A stretch of DNA of 64,000 bases from assembly GCA_964016885.1 (NCBI GenBank), contig OZ024741.1, forward strand, positions 391,096,001 to 391,160,000, in the 5' to 3' direction. Both the position numbers and the translations under genes were made by a program. Origin of the DNA: Eledone cirrhosa. Lineage: Eukaryota. Positions 28,118 to 41,593 of the stretch are shown one piece after another (positions within the stretch are counted from its first letter, which is position 1; each line of letters opens with the position of its first letter). The notes under the pieces were generated by a model. It saw nothing but the letters and a program-made list of their open reading frames with translations, ran no database searches and was not told the origin of the DNA.

Positions 28118-28289
28118 CCAACACCAACTATGATTGATGCTCATCGTGAAACAGACGTAGGATCTTTCGTCTTAATACGGAATACATTCAACATAGAAAA
28201 CGTAAAAGACAAACATTTCATGATGAAGGAATATTTGACGCCCGAAAGAAATTCAAACGGAAATTCTAATTATTGCACTTAGATTGTTA

Positions 28290-28530
28290 TAAATAGAATG
28301 GACCTCCGTCGGATTTGACGATGATTGTTCCAGTTGTTCGATCATCGGAACAGCCTACTCATGAAATTAACGTTAAGTACGCTTAACATAGTTTTCAGAG
28401 AGATTCGGAGTGAAACAGTGTGTGACAACGCCTTTCAATTACAACTCATTCTTGCCGGTTGAATGGACTGGAGCAACGTAAAATAAGGGGTCTAGTACGT
28501 GCGGTCGGGAATTGAACTCGCGACCCTTAC
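28290..28530 (-). mobile_element. Second tRNA-derived SINE family (B); further copies near 39080-39520, 39540-39750, 40790-41150 and 47950-48300
   Basis: Shared GGAACAGCCTGCTCGTGAAATTAACGT and GACTGGAGCAA blocks; B-box-like GAGTTCAATTCC on minus strand. Confidence 0.65.
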
Positions 28531-28638
28531 TGCTAGATCTTTCATTTTCACTTATTGCCTTCAGATTATTATAAATAGTACCTAGGCGAATATAGACGAT
28601 TTTTATAGGCTAATTGACAGTCATTAGAGCGTCGGATT

Positions 28639-28930
28639 CATATGGCGAGATCGAAAAACGGCAAATGGATCTGAGTAAAAACAAAAATTCATGACATCCT
28701 AGAAATCGTTAACAAAGCAAAATGGAAGTGGGAAGAACACATTGTTAGAATGGCTGACAACAGAAGAACGACCCGCGTTACCTTATAGACTCCACGAAGT
28801 CACACAAGAAACCGAGGTCACCGGAAGACCAGTTGGCGATCGACCTCGAGAAAATTGAAAAGTTTTAGCCACGAATGATGGCGCAGCTCGGGGAAGGCTT
28901 ATGTCCACCAAACGACATTCCAGAAGATGA
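28639..28930 (+). mobile_element. RTE 3' fragment with 14-bp TSD, inserted into a SINE
   Basis: KAKWKWEEHIVRMADNRRT; TAGAGCGTCGGATT at 28625-28638 and 28931-28944; SINE B-box resumes near 28980. Confidence 0.8.
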
Positions 28931-31026
28931 TAGAGCGTCGGATTAAATGTCTCAATAATTGTTTCAGCCCATTGTATTCTGAGTTCAAATCACGCAAGGT
29001 CAACTTTGCTTTTCATCCTTTTGATGAATAAAATACCAGTCCAGTTTGACAGGACACTTTACGGTATCTGATCCGACTCAGCGCATTTTGAATTCTAGTC
29101 CGACCTTTTGTTAGGAATTGCGACCGGCAGAAAGTATCAGCTTGCAATAGAAGTGGGCAACTCATTGCATCAAAACAACCATTAGTAAACGTAACATCAA
29201 AATCACGGCTTCGTCATTGCTTCATCTTCCCAAGGATTGGATAAAACACGACAAAAGAGAACATATACAAGTTTCGAGGATTTAAAAACATATAAAAGTT
29301 CTAAATTAAGTATTTTAAAACCAAGAACATTTTAACAACAAAGAAAGAGAGAAAAAAATGTGAACTTTTAGCAGACACGTTCTCAGACCTCATCTACAGT
29401 TAAGCTGAAATTGCGCAAGGTTTTCTTTCATTCAAAAATACGTACAAAGAGATAATGAGCACTAGAAGTGTGCCACACGCAAGTGTTGAGAGAAATTGAC
29501 AATGCACTTAAATTTGTTCCGTTTATCCTAACATGTCCGCATTGTACCAGATTATTCTAGCATTATCAATAACGAGTACAGTTGCTGAACATAACTACAG
29601 CTGGTTCAAATTCATAAGACTCTACTATAGTTTTACAATGAGCGATGACAGATTTTCTGGGTCAGATTTACTCTGCATTGAAATATAGTTGGCTACTGGG
29701 GCAGAATGTAGTAAAGTAATAGATAAGTTTGTAAGATGGAAGAGGGTGCTGTAATTGATGTATCCTTAAAAGTATATCTTCTTTATGTGTTTTTAAATAT
29801 AAAATATAAATCTTGAATGAATTTAAATATACAATGACAATATTCCTGGAACCTTTATTTATCTATTCGTTCCCTCTAAGTTTAGAATCTGGCAATGCTG
29901 TTGACGGGTAGTTGTACCAATAGTTATTGATAGCTGTAGAGTGATGATTGAGAAATGTTAGTAAGGCTAAGGCATTTCTTCAATACAACGGAAGAAAATC
30001 AAGACAAAAACAACGAAAACAAGGATTAAAACGATATTCATCAGAATATAGCTATAGTAAAGACAAAATCTAGCTGAATGATGTAAAGCACTGTTTAGAT
30101 TATGAACACGATGAAAATAAAATAAAAATAATATTACACATTATGTAAATGAATTAAGAAAAGAGACATGAAGCTTATAACTTCAAATGAATGAGATACT
30201 ACAATTGGCAGTTATTTCTCCTCCTAAGAAGAAACTGCTGGAAAATTAATTAACATCTATAATGAGATTCACGAATGAAAAAGAAAAACAAAATTTGAAT
30301 TATTGAGAAGAAACAGATAGAAAACGCTTACTGGAGACATTGAAGATAACATAGTGTGTTGATAGAACTTTGTAGTAGCAAAATGAATTAAGCTAAATGC
30401 TAACTCAAAGGTAATTTAATTGTGTTGAGGATTATAGAAATGAGCACAAAGGATGAGACAAAATAGTTGAAGCTGGTCTAAGAAGGTTGAATAGAGAAAG
30501 AATTGAAAATAATTTATGAAGGATCTGTTGACATTGAAGAATATTGAATAAAGAGGGCAACCCAATGAAAATCTGACACTGGCTTTTCTTATGGGATTTT
30601 AAGTTGAAATATATTATTGAGGAACAATAGTTTGAAATTATTGATCGTGAAATGAGCGTTAAATCTAAACCGTAGAGAACAGGTATTTTGATAAGAAAGA
30701 TGCAGGATCGTTACTGGTTTTAGACGAAATAAAAGTGCCATACTATATATATATATATATATATATTCACCAAGCTTAAGCTTACAGATAACATGTACTT
30801 GTCTCTTCCTATCTTTCCGTTGCAATACCATCGTTGTTTGTTTACATGTCTCGCACGTTTCACCCTATTTTACTTTTCCCAATAACTTTATTTAGTTATT
30901 GCTCGCACCAACTAGAGGTATATGATTTTTAAAGCGATGAAATACCAATGAAAGTTGGAAGATCACTGATGAAGGACTCATTTTATTCATATGTAACCCA
31001 TGTGCAACCACGCAGCACTCCATTTT

Positions 31027-31059
<33 letters not shown>

Positions 31060-31062
<3 letters not shown>

Positions 31063-31269
31063 AAAAAGAAAAAAAAAACAGTAAAAAATGGTAAAGGGAT
31101 TTTCTCTCAGAATAACAACAAAACAATTAAATGCGGAAATCCCTATTTTGTAAATAAATGTTTTGATGTTATTCTGAGAGAAAATACTTTTACCATTCTC
31201 TACTGTTTTTTTTCTTCCTTTTTTATTATTTTTTTATATATCAACTCGTGTGTCACTTCTTAACATTCC
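31060..31269 (+). mobile_element. Short fold-back PLE-terminal element (relative at about 53880-54020)
   Basis: About 60-bp inverted arms; tail AACTCGTGTG resembles that of the 56381 element. Confidence 0.6.
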
Positions 31270-31325
31270 ATATATATATATATATATATAATATAAGATC
31301 AAAAGATGGTTAAAAGAGTTCCATG

Positions 31326-31396
31326 TATTTTATTATGCGCATTTCAAAAACAAATATCATCATGAGATGACATTTGCATTTTCGTCAGATAAAATA
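31326..31396 (-). ncRNA. Minimal hammerhead in left inverted repeat
   Basis: Mirror of 35574-35644. Confidence 0.85.
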
Positions 31397-34300
31397 GGGA
31401 GACATGATATGAAGGTTAAAAAACACTTGTGAATAGTGCAGTTTTAAATCAACATATAAAAAGAAATTTAAGATTGATGTGTGATATTTGGAAAAAAATG
31501 AGGAAATGTTGGAAATGATGAAAAAGAGGAGGAGATGAGAGTAAGTAAAGAATGATGGGGGAGGAGTATAATAAGGAAGGAGGAGATAGGAGGAGAGATG
31601 GGTGATAGAAAGAGAGAGATAGCCTTTATAACTGAGAAAAATATATTGTTTCACAGAGAGAGGTTAAAAGCCGTTGGAAGATAATATATAATTTAAAAGA
31701 ATTTGAAAATTGATGAAGAGAAATAAAATTATTAATGAAGAGAAAAAATTAAGAATAATGTTAAATTAAGGTTTGTATATTGAAGGGTTTAATAATATGT
31801 GCGATGAAAAGAAATTATTAATATGTATTAAGAATAATATTAAATTAAGGTTTGTATATTGAAGGGTTTAATAATATGTGCGATGAAAAGAAATTGTTAA
31901 TATGTATTATTAAAATTAAAATATTAATGTTATTAAGGATATAATGTGAAAAGAAGTAGAAGAGTGGATGAATTATGAATTTAGAGGAATTAGTTAGTGT
32001 TTAAGTTTGATTTTATGTAATGTAATATGTATGCGTAATATATGTAAATAGTTTGTTTACAAATGAGCGCAGAAAGCAAAGAAGAAAATAGTGTTTAAGG
32101 AAGAGAAGACTCTAACAACAAAATATATATGTTTATGAAGTATTTCCTAATGGTAATAATATAATGTAATAAAGGAGATTAGTTAGGGTTTAAGTTTGTA
32201 TAAAAAATCTTAAATTCAAGAGGACAAGAGCACCTTGTAAATCTCAAGAATACGATTTTAAACCTCAATTCCTCAAAAAATGTTTTAGTCCACTCCGACA
32301 AAACAAATAATTTATATGGTATATCTAAGGATAACTATAATAACCTTATCCTTAAAGAACTAAGGAAGAAATATCGCAAAACTAACCATGATAATTTAGA
32401 ATCCATAAACTTTGAAGCTTCTGAGATTATGTCAAAACTTGGCATCGAAAAAAAAACCGAACCATTTCTCCCAAGAACTCCGAGGATAAATCTCAAAGAT
32501 CACAAAAACAACTTTCGTACGGAACTACCTGTTAGACTAATCGCCCCCTCTAAATCAGATCTAGGGGTTGTTAGCAAAGCCATCTTGGATAGAATTACCC
32601 CACAGGTTCGTTCTAATTGCTCTACTTCTAACTTAAATTTATGGTTTGGTACATCTGAAGTAATTGGCTGGTTCAACAACTTGAATAAGAAAAACAAACA
32701 AAAATGTATTCAATTTGATATTGCCAGCTACTATTCTTCTATTTCGCTCTCACTTCTCAACAATGCTCTATCTTTCGCTTATAAATATTCAGACATCACC
32801 ACAGATGAACTTCACATCATTCTCACCGCACGTAAAACCATCCTAGAGTTCAACAATGAATACTGGACTAGAGCTGATACCTCCAACAACTTTGACATTA
32901 CAATGGGTGCTTCCAATTCATCCCAATTGACAGATTTAATTGGTATCTTTATTTTGAACTCTTTGAATCGGAAAATTCCTCAACTTCGCGGTGGAATTTA
33001 TCGGCACGATGGACTTTTACTATCTTAAATTGCAACATAGTTAACCTTAATATTATTAAGAACAATATACGTGATCTCTTTAACCAACATAACTTAAAAA
33101 TTGAATTTGATAACAACGTCAAACTAGCTAACTTCTTGGATATATCCCTTAATCTTGACACTGGCCTATAAAAACAATGAGAATCTAAATTATGTTAATT
33201 TTAAATCTAACTACCCCACTAACATTAAAAATGCTATAGTTAACAATATTGGAAAAAGAATATCAAACCTATCATCTAATAAAATATCTTTGATGCTAAC
33301 GCCAATTACTATAATAACGCGCTTTCTAAAGCCGGTTATCCTGATAAAATCAAATACAGTAAAGAAACCAATCCTAGAAGATCTTACAGTAAAATAATTA
33401 ATTATGATCATTCCAATAACTTTAATAAAAGACCTAGATACAAAAATATAATCTGGTATAATGCTCCTTTCTCCATCTCTATTAATAATAATATTCCTAA
33501 ATTATTCTTTAGTGCCCTAAATAAATGCTTCCCTCCCTCACATATCTATAGTAAAATATTTAACAAACATACTATAACATTTTCCTATTCCACTTCCTCC
33601 AACATCTCCAACATTATCTCTGAACACAACAATAAAATATTAAATACTAAATCACTTCCTTCCAACACTGAATGTCATAATAATAGCAGTAGTACTCCCG
33701 ATGTCATAGTTAACTCTGGGCTAGTTTCTGCAAACCCAAATACGACGTCAAACGTAACTTCGTCAAATGTTCTTAATACCAATCTAAATCAGGAAACTAT
33801 TATTCCTATAGTAAATAACTTCTCCAATCCAATTCCTCCTATAGATAACACTAGGTCAGTTGTTAATAACTCGGTTAATTTCTCTAATCGCAATTGTAAT
33901 TGCCCTGTTAAAAATAAATGTCCTCTCAACAACCATTGTCTCGAAAAAAACTTAATCTATGAATGTAAAGTTATAACTGACACCAATTCCTTTACCTATT
34001 TTGGCTCCACTTCCACCTCCTTTAAAGCCCGTCTTTATAATCACCATTCTCCTTTTAAATACCAACTTAAAAGAACCAACACAGCACTCTCAAAACTCAC
34101 ATGGTCCTTGAAAGACAAAAATATTAACTATAACATCTCTTGGAGGAAAGTTTGTTCTGCCTCTCCCTACTTGAATGCCTCTCTATCCAAAACATATAAT
34201 CTTTGTTTATGTGAGAAATTTACCATTATATCTAATTTAGATTCTATAATAAAAATAGACGCACTGAGTTATTTTCTCTCTGCTTGCATAAATTCCACAG

Positions 34301-35573
34301 AACATTCCATAAAGTATACAGCTAATATCTAATACTTTACCAGTTTAAAATCCTTTTTCTCAAAGGCATATATATATATTTCTTTAAAAATATACCCATC
34401 TTTCTACCTTATTTCAATATTATTTATTATACATTATATAACACTAGTTACTCATTCTATATCATTCCTATTTATCAATTCTCTTTCTTCCTCTTTTCTT
34501 TTAATTTCTAACTTCTAATCTGTACTTTTTCTTCCTAGATACTTCTCAATTCTTATTATTACTCACCACAATATATCCACTTTTCCTTCTTCCTTCATAT
34601 CATTGGCCATAAAACTTATTATTACCTTTTAAATACCTTATAGTATTACCTTTAAAAATCTTTCGTAAACATAAACATTTTTTGACGTTAGATTATTCCT
34701 CCTCAATTCATTATATTTTTTCTCCCTTTCATGCTCGTCTAACTTTTACATATTACATATCACAATACATAAAAACAAACTTAAACCCTAACTAATTTCC
34801 TTTATTACATTATATTATTACCATTAGGAAATACTTCATAAACATATATATTTTGTTGTTAGAGTCTTCTCTTCCCTAAACACTATTTTCTTCTTTGTTT
34901 TCTGCGCTCATTTGTAAACAAACTATTTACATATATTACGCATACATATTACATTACATAAAATCAAACTTAAACACTAACTAATTCCTCTAAATTCATA
35001 ATTCATCCACTCTTCTACTTCTTTTCACATTATGTCCTTAATAACATTAATATTTTAATTTTAATAATACATATTAACAATTTCTTTTCATCGCACATAT
35101 TATTAAACCCTTCAATATACAAACCTTAATTTAATATTATTCTTAATACATATTAATAATTTCTTTTCATCGCACATATTATTAAACCCTTCAATATACA
35201 AACCTTAATTTAACATTATTCTTAATTTTTTCTCTTCATTAATAATTTTATTTCTCTTCATCAATTTTCAAATTCTTTTAAATTATATATTATCTTCCAA
35301 CGGCTTTTAACCTCTCTCTGTGAAATAATATATTTTTCTCAGTTATAAAGGCTATCTCTCTCTTTCTATCACCCATCTCTCCTCCTATCTCCTCCTTCCT
35401 TATTATACTCCTCCCCCATCATTCTTTACTCTCATCTCCTCCTCTTTTTCATCATTTCCAACATTTCCTCATTTTTTTCCCAATATCACACATCAATCTT
35501 AAATTACTTTTCATATGTTGATTTAAAACTGCACTATTCACAAGTGTTTTTTAACCTTCATATCATGTCTCCC

Positions 35574-35644
35574 TATTTTATCTGACGAAAACGCAAATAT
35601 CAACTCATGATCATATTTGTTTTTGAAATGCGCATAATAAAATA
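35574..35644 (+). ncRNA. Canonical minimal hammerhead in PLE 3' repeat
   Basis: tattttat-CTGACGA-aaacGCAAATAT..ATATTTGTtttt-GAAA-TGCGCA-TA-ataaaata; predicted cleavage after 35636. Confidence 0.9.
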
Positions 35645-35798
35645 CATGGAACTCTTTTAACCATCTTTTGATCTTATATATTATTTATACTCCAGTCCTA
35701 CAAACTGTAGAGTGCTACTTATCCGATATCTGCATTGCTTTATTGTACTACAATGAAAACTCACCTCTTACATATATATATATACATACATACATACA

Positions 35799-35869
<71 letters not shown>

Positions 35870-35873
<4 letters not shown>

Positions 35874-36416
35874 GGTGGCTGCCGATGCGCCGAACGAGTG
35901 TGACTTTTTAGTCCAGCCAGCGACTTGAAAACTGTGGTACAAACACTACACTTTTGACAATTATTGACACATAGTGCTGGGCCCATGGTACCATGTGACG
36001 ACAAGTGCAGAGATATCTCCAATGCTTGTGCCGTGAAGCTTTTATAGTGAGCAAAGGCACTGCACAAAGCCAGTCCCACTCTCTTAACCAAGATGATATT
36101 TACCAAAAAGAAGAACACGTCAACATCATTGGATACCATCAGGGTTGCAGGTGCTATATCAGAGTTTTCCTTTTCCTAGAATTCTGCCTTGACAAAGGCT
36201 AAGGGGTCATCTCTCCCGGTGATTTTGGATGGCCATTGACTCTTAAGAGCTCCTTTGCCCTTTGACAGGTTTTGTTTTTAGTCCTGCAGGATGTCCAAAG
36301 TCACCCTCCTCACCAAGAAACCTTGGTCGGGGTTGCCAGTTTAGTCGCCAACGACCCGACCATGAGACAGGTTGTACTGGGATACATGTTACCAGTAGCA
36401 CCAACTGGTGACCTGA
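35870..36416 (-). mobile_element. Internally deleted RTE derivative (probable 5' UTR joined to C2H2 finger and 3' end)
   Basis: [17 protein letters not shown] resembles the finger in ORF 49735; 3' end GCAGCCACCATG matches GCAGCCATCATG at about 51047. Confidence 0.6.
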
Positions 36417-36462
36417 CATACATACATACATACATACATACATACATACATACATACATACA

Positions 36463-36540
<78 letters not shown>

Positions 36541-36546
<6 letters not shown>

Positions 36547-36896
36547 ATTAAATAAATGGAAAACTATATTTATAAAACCATATTTATTTCATTATATATA
36601 TTTCGGGGATATCATATTAACTGCCAGCTTAAACCTCTTCAAATGAAGTCGGTGTTATAACGGTATGTCGAATCTATTTATCTATAAAACTGTTTATATT
36701 GTATTTTGTCTGATGAAGGCATAGCATATTGTTAATATGATATCCCCGAAATATATATAATGAAATAAATATGGTTTTATAAATATAGTTTTCCATTTAT
36801 TTAATATTGTAAATATACTCCAAATATTTGTCGAGTGCTTTTATATCAGTTATAAATATTTACTAGTTGTAACCCAACAATTTTAAATATAACTTT

Positions 36897-36898
<2 letters not shown>
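36541..36898 (+). mobile_element. Fold-back PLE-terminal element with hammerhead (36702-36767) and tail
   Basis: Arms 36541-36620 / 36731-36811; tattttgt-CTGATGA..GAAA-TATATA-TA-atgaaata; TCGAGTGCTT at 36831. Confidence 0.85.
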
Positions 36899-36966
<68 letters not shown>

Positions 36967-37128
36967 CTATATAAATATATTTATAAACAATGAGTTAGAG
37001 ACTTTGTTGATATGTAATCAACAGAATTATGTTCATAACATATATGAAGCACTCAACGGTTAATTATAAGACAGAGTATTATAATAATAATAGTAAAATG
37101 GAAAATATATCACTATAGCATCATAATT

Positions 37129-37188
37129 TATTTCGTTATATATATTTCAGGGACACTAAGTTATAGTTTGTCTTCTTCAGACAAAATA
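37129..37188 (-). ncRNA. Minimal hammerhead
   Basis: Minus strand tattttgt-CTGAAGA-..-GAAA-TATATA-TA-acgaaata; tail motif at 37047. Confidence 0.8.
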
Positions 37189-37976
37189 TAATATTAGATG
37201 TATAAAAATGCGACATACTCATAAGAGAGATCGCATTCGATCAATTCAAAATGGGTATGTGATTCAAAATCTCAAAATTTCCTAGGATGTAAAATTATTG
37301 GGAAATATAAACAAATAAATAAATAATAAGGACAGTTAAAATAGACTCTTGAAATGTTTTTTTTTTAAATAGCGTAGTTAGATTGGTCAGAGAAAAAAAC
37401 CGTTAGATGGTTATATTTTATTACTAAGGGAAGATATATATATATAGATAAACATACACATACATACGCTTACATATATGTATATAGATCGATATATATA
37501 TCTTATATTCTAATGCTACGAAAAAATAAAGGTATATATTATATATATTTAGGGTTGCATTTACATAAGTAAATAAATAAACAAAGGGGAAGAATTCAGA
37601 TTATTTATAATAAAAAATATATTATTTTAAGAATTTATTATTGGGGCCTATAATGTAAGTATAATATATATAGTATATTATGTCAAGGAATTTAAATAAT
37701 GCCACTTATGTTACGATATATATATATGTATATATCTAAGAGAACCCATAATTATATTTATATATCTATATATAGATGACAATTAAGTTAATCATATACA
37801 TAATATAAATATATATATCTAGCTATATATTTTGTGAAATGATATGGAAATTCTGTGTAAACAGCCGCTAAATATCTCATTTCTTTTATTAATATTAGAT
37901 TTTGTATTACTAATAATATGAAGAATTTATGTATTACAACGAGACCGTTGAGGTATGTCATACCTCAATTCATGTA

Positions 37977-38040
37977 TTTTATCTGACGAGGACGTACTGA
38001 AAAAACTGCACAGTACCTTCGAAATATATATATAATAAAA
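37977..38040 (+). ncRNA. Minimal hammerhead
   Basis: ttttat-CTGACGA-gga.GTACTG..CAGTAC.ttc-GAAA-TATATATA-TA-ataaaa. Confidence 0.82.
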
Positions 38041-38182
38041 CATATATTTTGATTATGTGAATGTCTTCATTTATTACTATTCTGAATAATATATATATAT
38101 ATATATATATTTGTATGCATGTACATATATGTGTGTGTATGCGTATGTGTGTGTGTGTGTGTGTGTGTGCATGTCTGTACAC

Positions 38183-38255
<73 letters not shown>

Positions 38256-41200
38256 TGTATGTGTGTGTGAGTGTATGTATTGTTGAATCTACATCGTACA
38301 AATACCATTCACAACCAGACAATACCTTTTTTTAATTCTTTGTCAAACACATGAGATGTCTTTACCGCCACGATAAACTATTACTGGGTTCTCCAAGCGT
38401 GACACATCCCACAAACCCTTGTTTCCTGTTTACACCAAAGCAAGTCTTTGACTGACCAATACACATTCAAACCACACCTTCATGCGCGCTCACACGCACG
38501 AATCCTTAATTGCTCACGCGCTCATGTAAACACGCTCATGAATATTGGTGAATACACACTCGCATTGACGCACCACATATTACACCAAAATACACACATG
38601 TGCACACACAAAAAAAAAATAGGGCCGATGCGGCCCACACCACAACAAAAATATATTTTTGTCGCATCACCAGTCTGAGGGAGTAGATCAATAGTGGAGT
38701 CGGGTCCATAACTCCTATGGGTTACCTTGAGCCAATCCTCTGCGAAACGCGCGTAACAGGTCGATACGCAATAAATGTTTTTCATATGTAAACGAAATTT
38801 CCTCGTTTTTTCTATTATATATATATGTATGTATTTTTCATGTGAGTATATTTTTTATCATTTGTACACATGTTAAGTTAAATAAAAACCCTTAAACCAT
38901 TTGTAATTTGTTTTTCTTTATACCAAGCAGAAATACACTTATCTTCTGAACAGTATATAATTCCTAAATATTTCCACCAATATATCAAATGTCAGGCCGA
39001 TATTTCTTCTGTGCCACAGTCTTATCGCAAATAATTTCACCGATTTAACACGTACAGTGAAATATAACACACTCTTATAACGTGTGTTGGACCTTCGTCT
39101 GTTCCGACGATGAGTATTCCAGTTTTTTGTTGAAAGGAACAACCTGCTCGTGAAATTAACGTGTAAGCGACCGAGTACACTATAGGCACGTTTCTCTTTA
39201 ATGAATTTTGAAGGATATTCGGCGAAATACAATAGTGTGACTAGTAAGTCTGACCCTATAAATTACAGGTGCTTAAATCAGAAATTATTATAGTTTAAGT
39301 AACTGAACATTCTGCTGACACGTGTTCCATTAAGATAATACTCAGGAAGATTCAGTCTGTGACAAAGATGGCCCTTTAAATCATAGGTATAACTCATTTT
39401 TTGTTCAGCTGAATAGACTGGAGCAATATGAAACAGAGTGTTGGTCAAGTACACAATGTGACTTTGGGAATTGAACTTACGCTTTTACGATCGAGCACTG
39501 AACTCTCTAATCACCAAGGCACGTTCCTGTAATATGTATGCTATACCTCCGACGGCTCCGATGACGAATGTTCAAGTATTTTATCAACGGAACAGCCTGC
39601 TCGTGGAATTAACGTGCAATATGGCGAGCATTGCAGAGTCATTGTGCCCTTAACGTAATTCGCAGGGAATTTGTTGTGACACATTATGATTAGGGTGGCA
39701 CTTTGAATCACTTATACAACACATGTTTGACAGCTCAGTGTCTTTGAGCAAGATACTGTATTTCACGTTTTTCCACATCCACTGAGCTGGACAAGTAAAT
39801 TGAACCTATAATTCAAAGGATCAGCATTGTCACACTCTCTGTAACGTCGAATCTCCCCGAGAACCCCGTTGAGGTCTCAATGTCCGTTGAATGCTCAGTC
39901 ACATTTCACTGTTGATTATTTTTAGTCTATTTGTATTTTCCCCACAAAATTATTGATAGTGTTTTCACAAATTAGACGTTCTTGTTTCCTGCTTTCCCAG
40001 TATTATTTCCATCTCAGAGCTCATAAAAACAACACAAATAAGAAATAGGCTGTTTCTAATATTTCATATAAAACCCATTCTCCATTTTAAACGTGACATC
40101 AGTTGTCATTATTTATGTTGTTGATGTTATTAAAACGCCCGTTTGTTTTGAGCAATTTTACATTTAGTGTTCAAATACATATTTCTTCCTCTTTATTTAT
40201 TGTTTATCTTAATTCACTTCTTTTCTAGAAGAAATATTGTTGCTTGTATGTTTTTAAAAAATATATTTGGCTTTAATAATACCTCCTCCAGTCTGTAAAC
40301 AATTCTGTTGGAATATTTTTTATTACAAATGAAAAAGGACAAATGTTGTTGTTTTGATGGTGGTGTTGTTACTGTTGTTGTTGTTATTGTCGATGGTGGT
40401 TGTGCTGTTACTGTTGCTGTTGCTTCTGGTGGGGGTGCTGCTGCTGTCCTTGCTATTGTTGTTATTGTTGTTGTTCTTGTTGTCGATGGTGGTGGTGTTG
40501 TTACTGTTGTTGTTGTTGTAGGTGGTGGTGCTGTTACTGTTGTTGTCATTATAATTGTTAGTGGTAGTGTTGGCACTTATATTGTTGTCGGTGATGGTGG
40601 TATTACTGTTGTGTTGTTGTTGTTAATGGTGATGGTAGTGTTGTTACAGTTCTTGCTGAAGCAATTGCTTCTCTGTTGAAATGAAACATTTAGTCAGTGT
40701 CTCTAATCATGGTTTCTTCCTATCATAGCGTACTCTCTTCAGGGTGTAACTTTTATCACACTGTCAGGATATCATGTTTGCCAGCCATTTGGGTGTGTTA
40801 TGATGCAACATAGCCAGATGGGTTAAGGGTTCGCAATAATTGAGTTTTGAGTTTGATTCCACTGTCATCCTGGCCAAGTGTCATTTACCAGAGCCTCGGC
40901 TAGACCTAGACCTTGTGATGAAATTTGATAGACGTAAATTGTTTGAAAGCCGTTGGATAGATTGTACCTGTAAATCAAAGGGCTAGCCTTGTTACACACT
41001 GTCACACTGAATCTCCTTGAGAATTACTTTAAGGATACACGTATCTGTAGAATATTCTGTCATTTACATGTTAATTGCATGAGGTGGGTGTTTCGCTGAT
41101 CGAACAACTTGAACACTAATCGTCAAAAACAACGGAGATCCATCAATCGTTCTATCGATTTAAGTATGTAGGGGATAAAGTAAATTACAGTAGATCCCCA

Positions 41201-41347
41201 TTACTTTCGTTGTTCTTACAGGTGCAAGATTTGAGCTTAGAAAGCAAACACCCGAAACAGATACAGCAACGCATCTTGTCCGATAGCACGAACAATCTCT
41301 TCAACCGGTACTGTATTTTATAGACGTTAACATTTGTAGAAACGCGT

Positions 41348-41406
<59 letters not shown>

Positions 41407-41497
41407 CGAAGGAAATGTGGTAAGGAACCAGATAGACCATAACACACCTAAGTACTCAATACTTACGGTAGTAGAATGTGTAATAGGAACAAGTATG

Positions 41498-41593
41498 ACC
41501 CCGACGGCAGAGCTCAAGCCGTTTCGACGGCTAATTCTGGACTAAATAAGAATTTTTAGCCTGGTAAATAAATAGCCGAACTTCTCAGGGGGT
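41498..41593 (-). ncRNA. Hammerhead-like motif with long stem II and atypical core CUGAGAA
   Basis: acccc-CTGAGAA-g..cggcta...tagccg.c-GAAA-CGGC..GCCG-TC-ggggt. Confidence 0.65.

Larger units (their letters stand above)
31291..35770 (+). mobile_element. Nematis-like PLE, decayed RT + GIY-YIG (about 32200-34330), flanked by about 905-bp inverted repeats (31291-32199 / 34775-35679) plus about 90-nt tail
   Basis: INLKDHKNNF..VRLIAPSKSDLG, QFDIASYYSSI, FDITMG, GIYRHDGL; CNCPVKNKCPL..LIYECKV..YFGST; multiple frameshifts and stops. Confidence 0.9.

Noticed and set aside
29400-30600. Possible host exon or decayed coding sequence (also 55740-56290)
   Set aside because: No sustained frame or recognisable motif by eye; needs a translated homology search
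30967-30985. CTGATGAAGG hammerhead start
   Set aside because: No GAAA or stem III downstream; at most a deleted remnant
40214-40679. Thr/Pro mucin-like or Val-rich ORFs (similar His/Ile-rich tract at 27793-28137)
   Set aside because: Degenerate trinucleotide repeat with no splice or domain support
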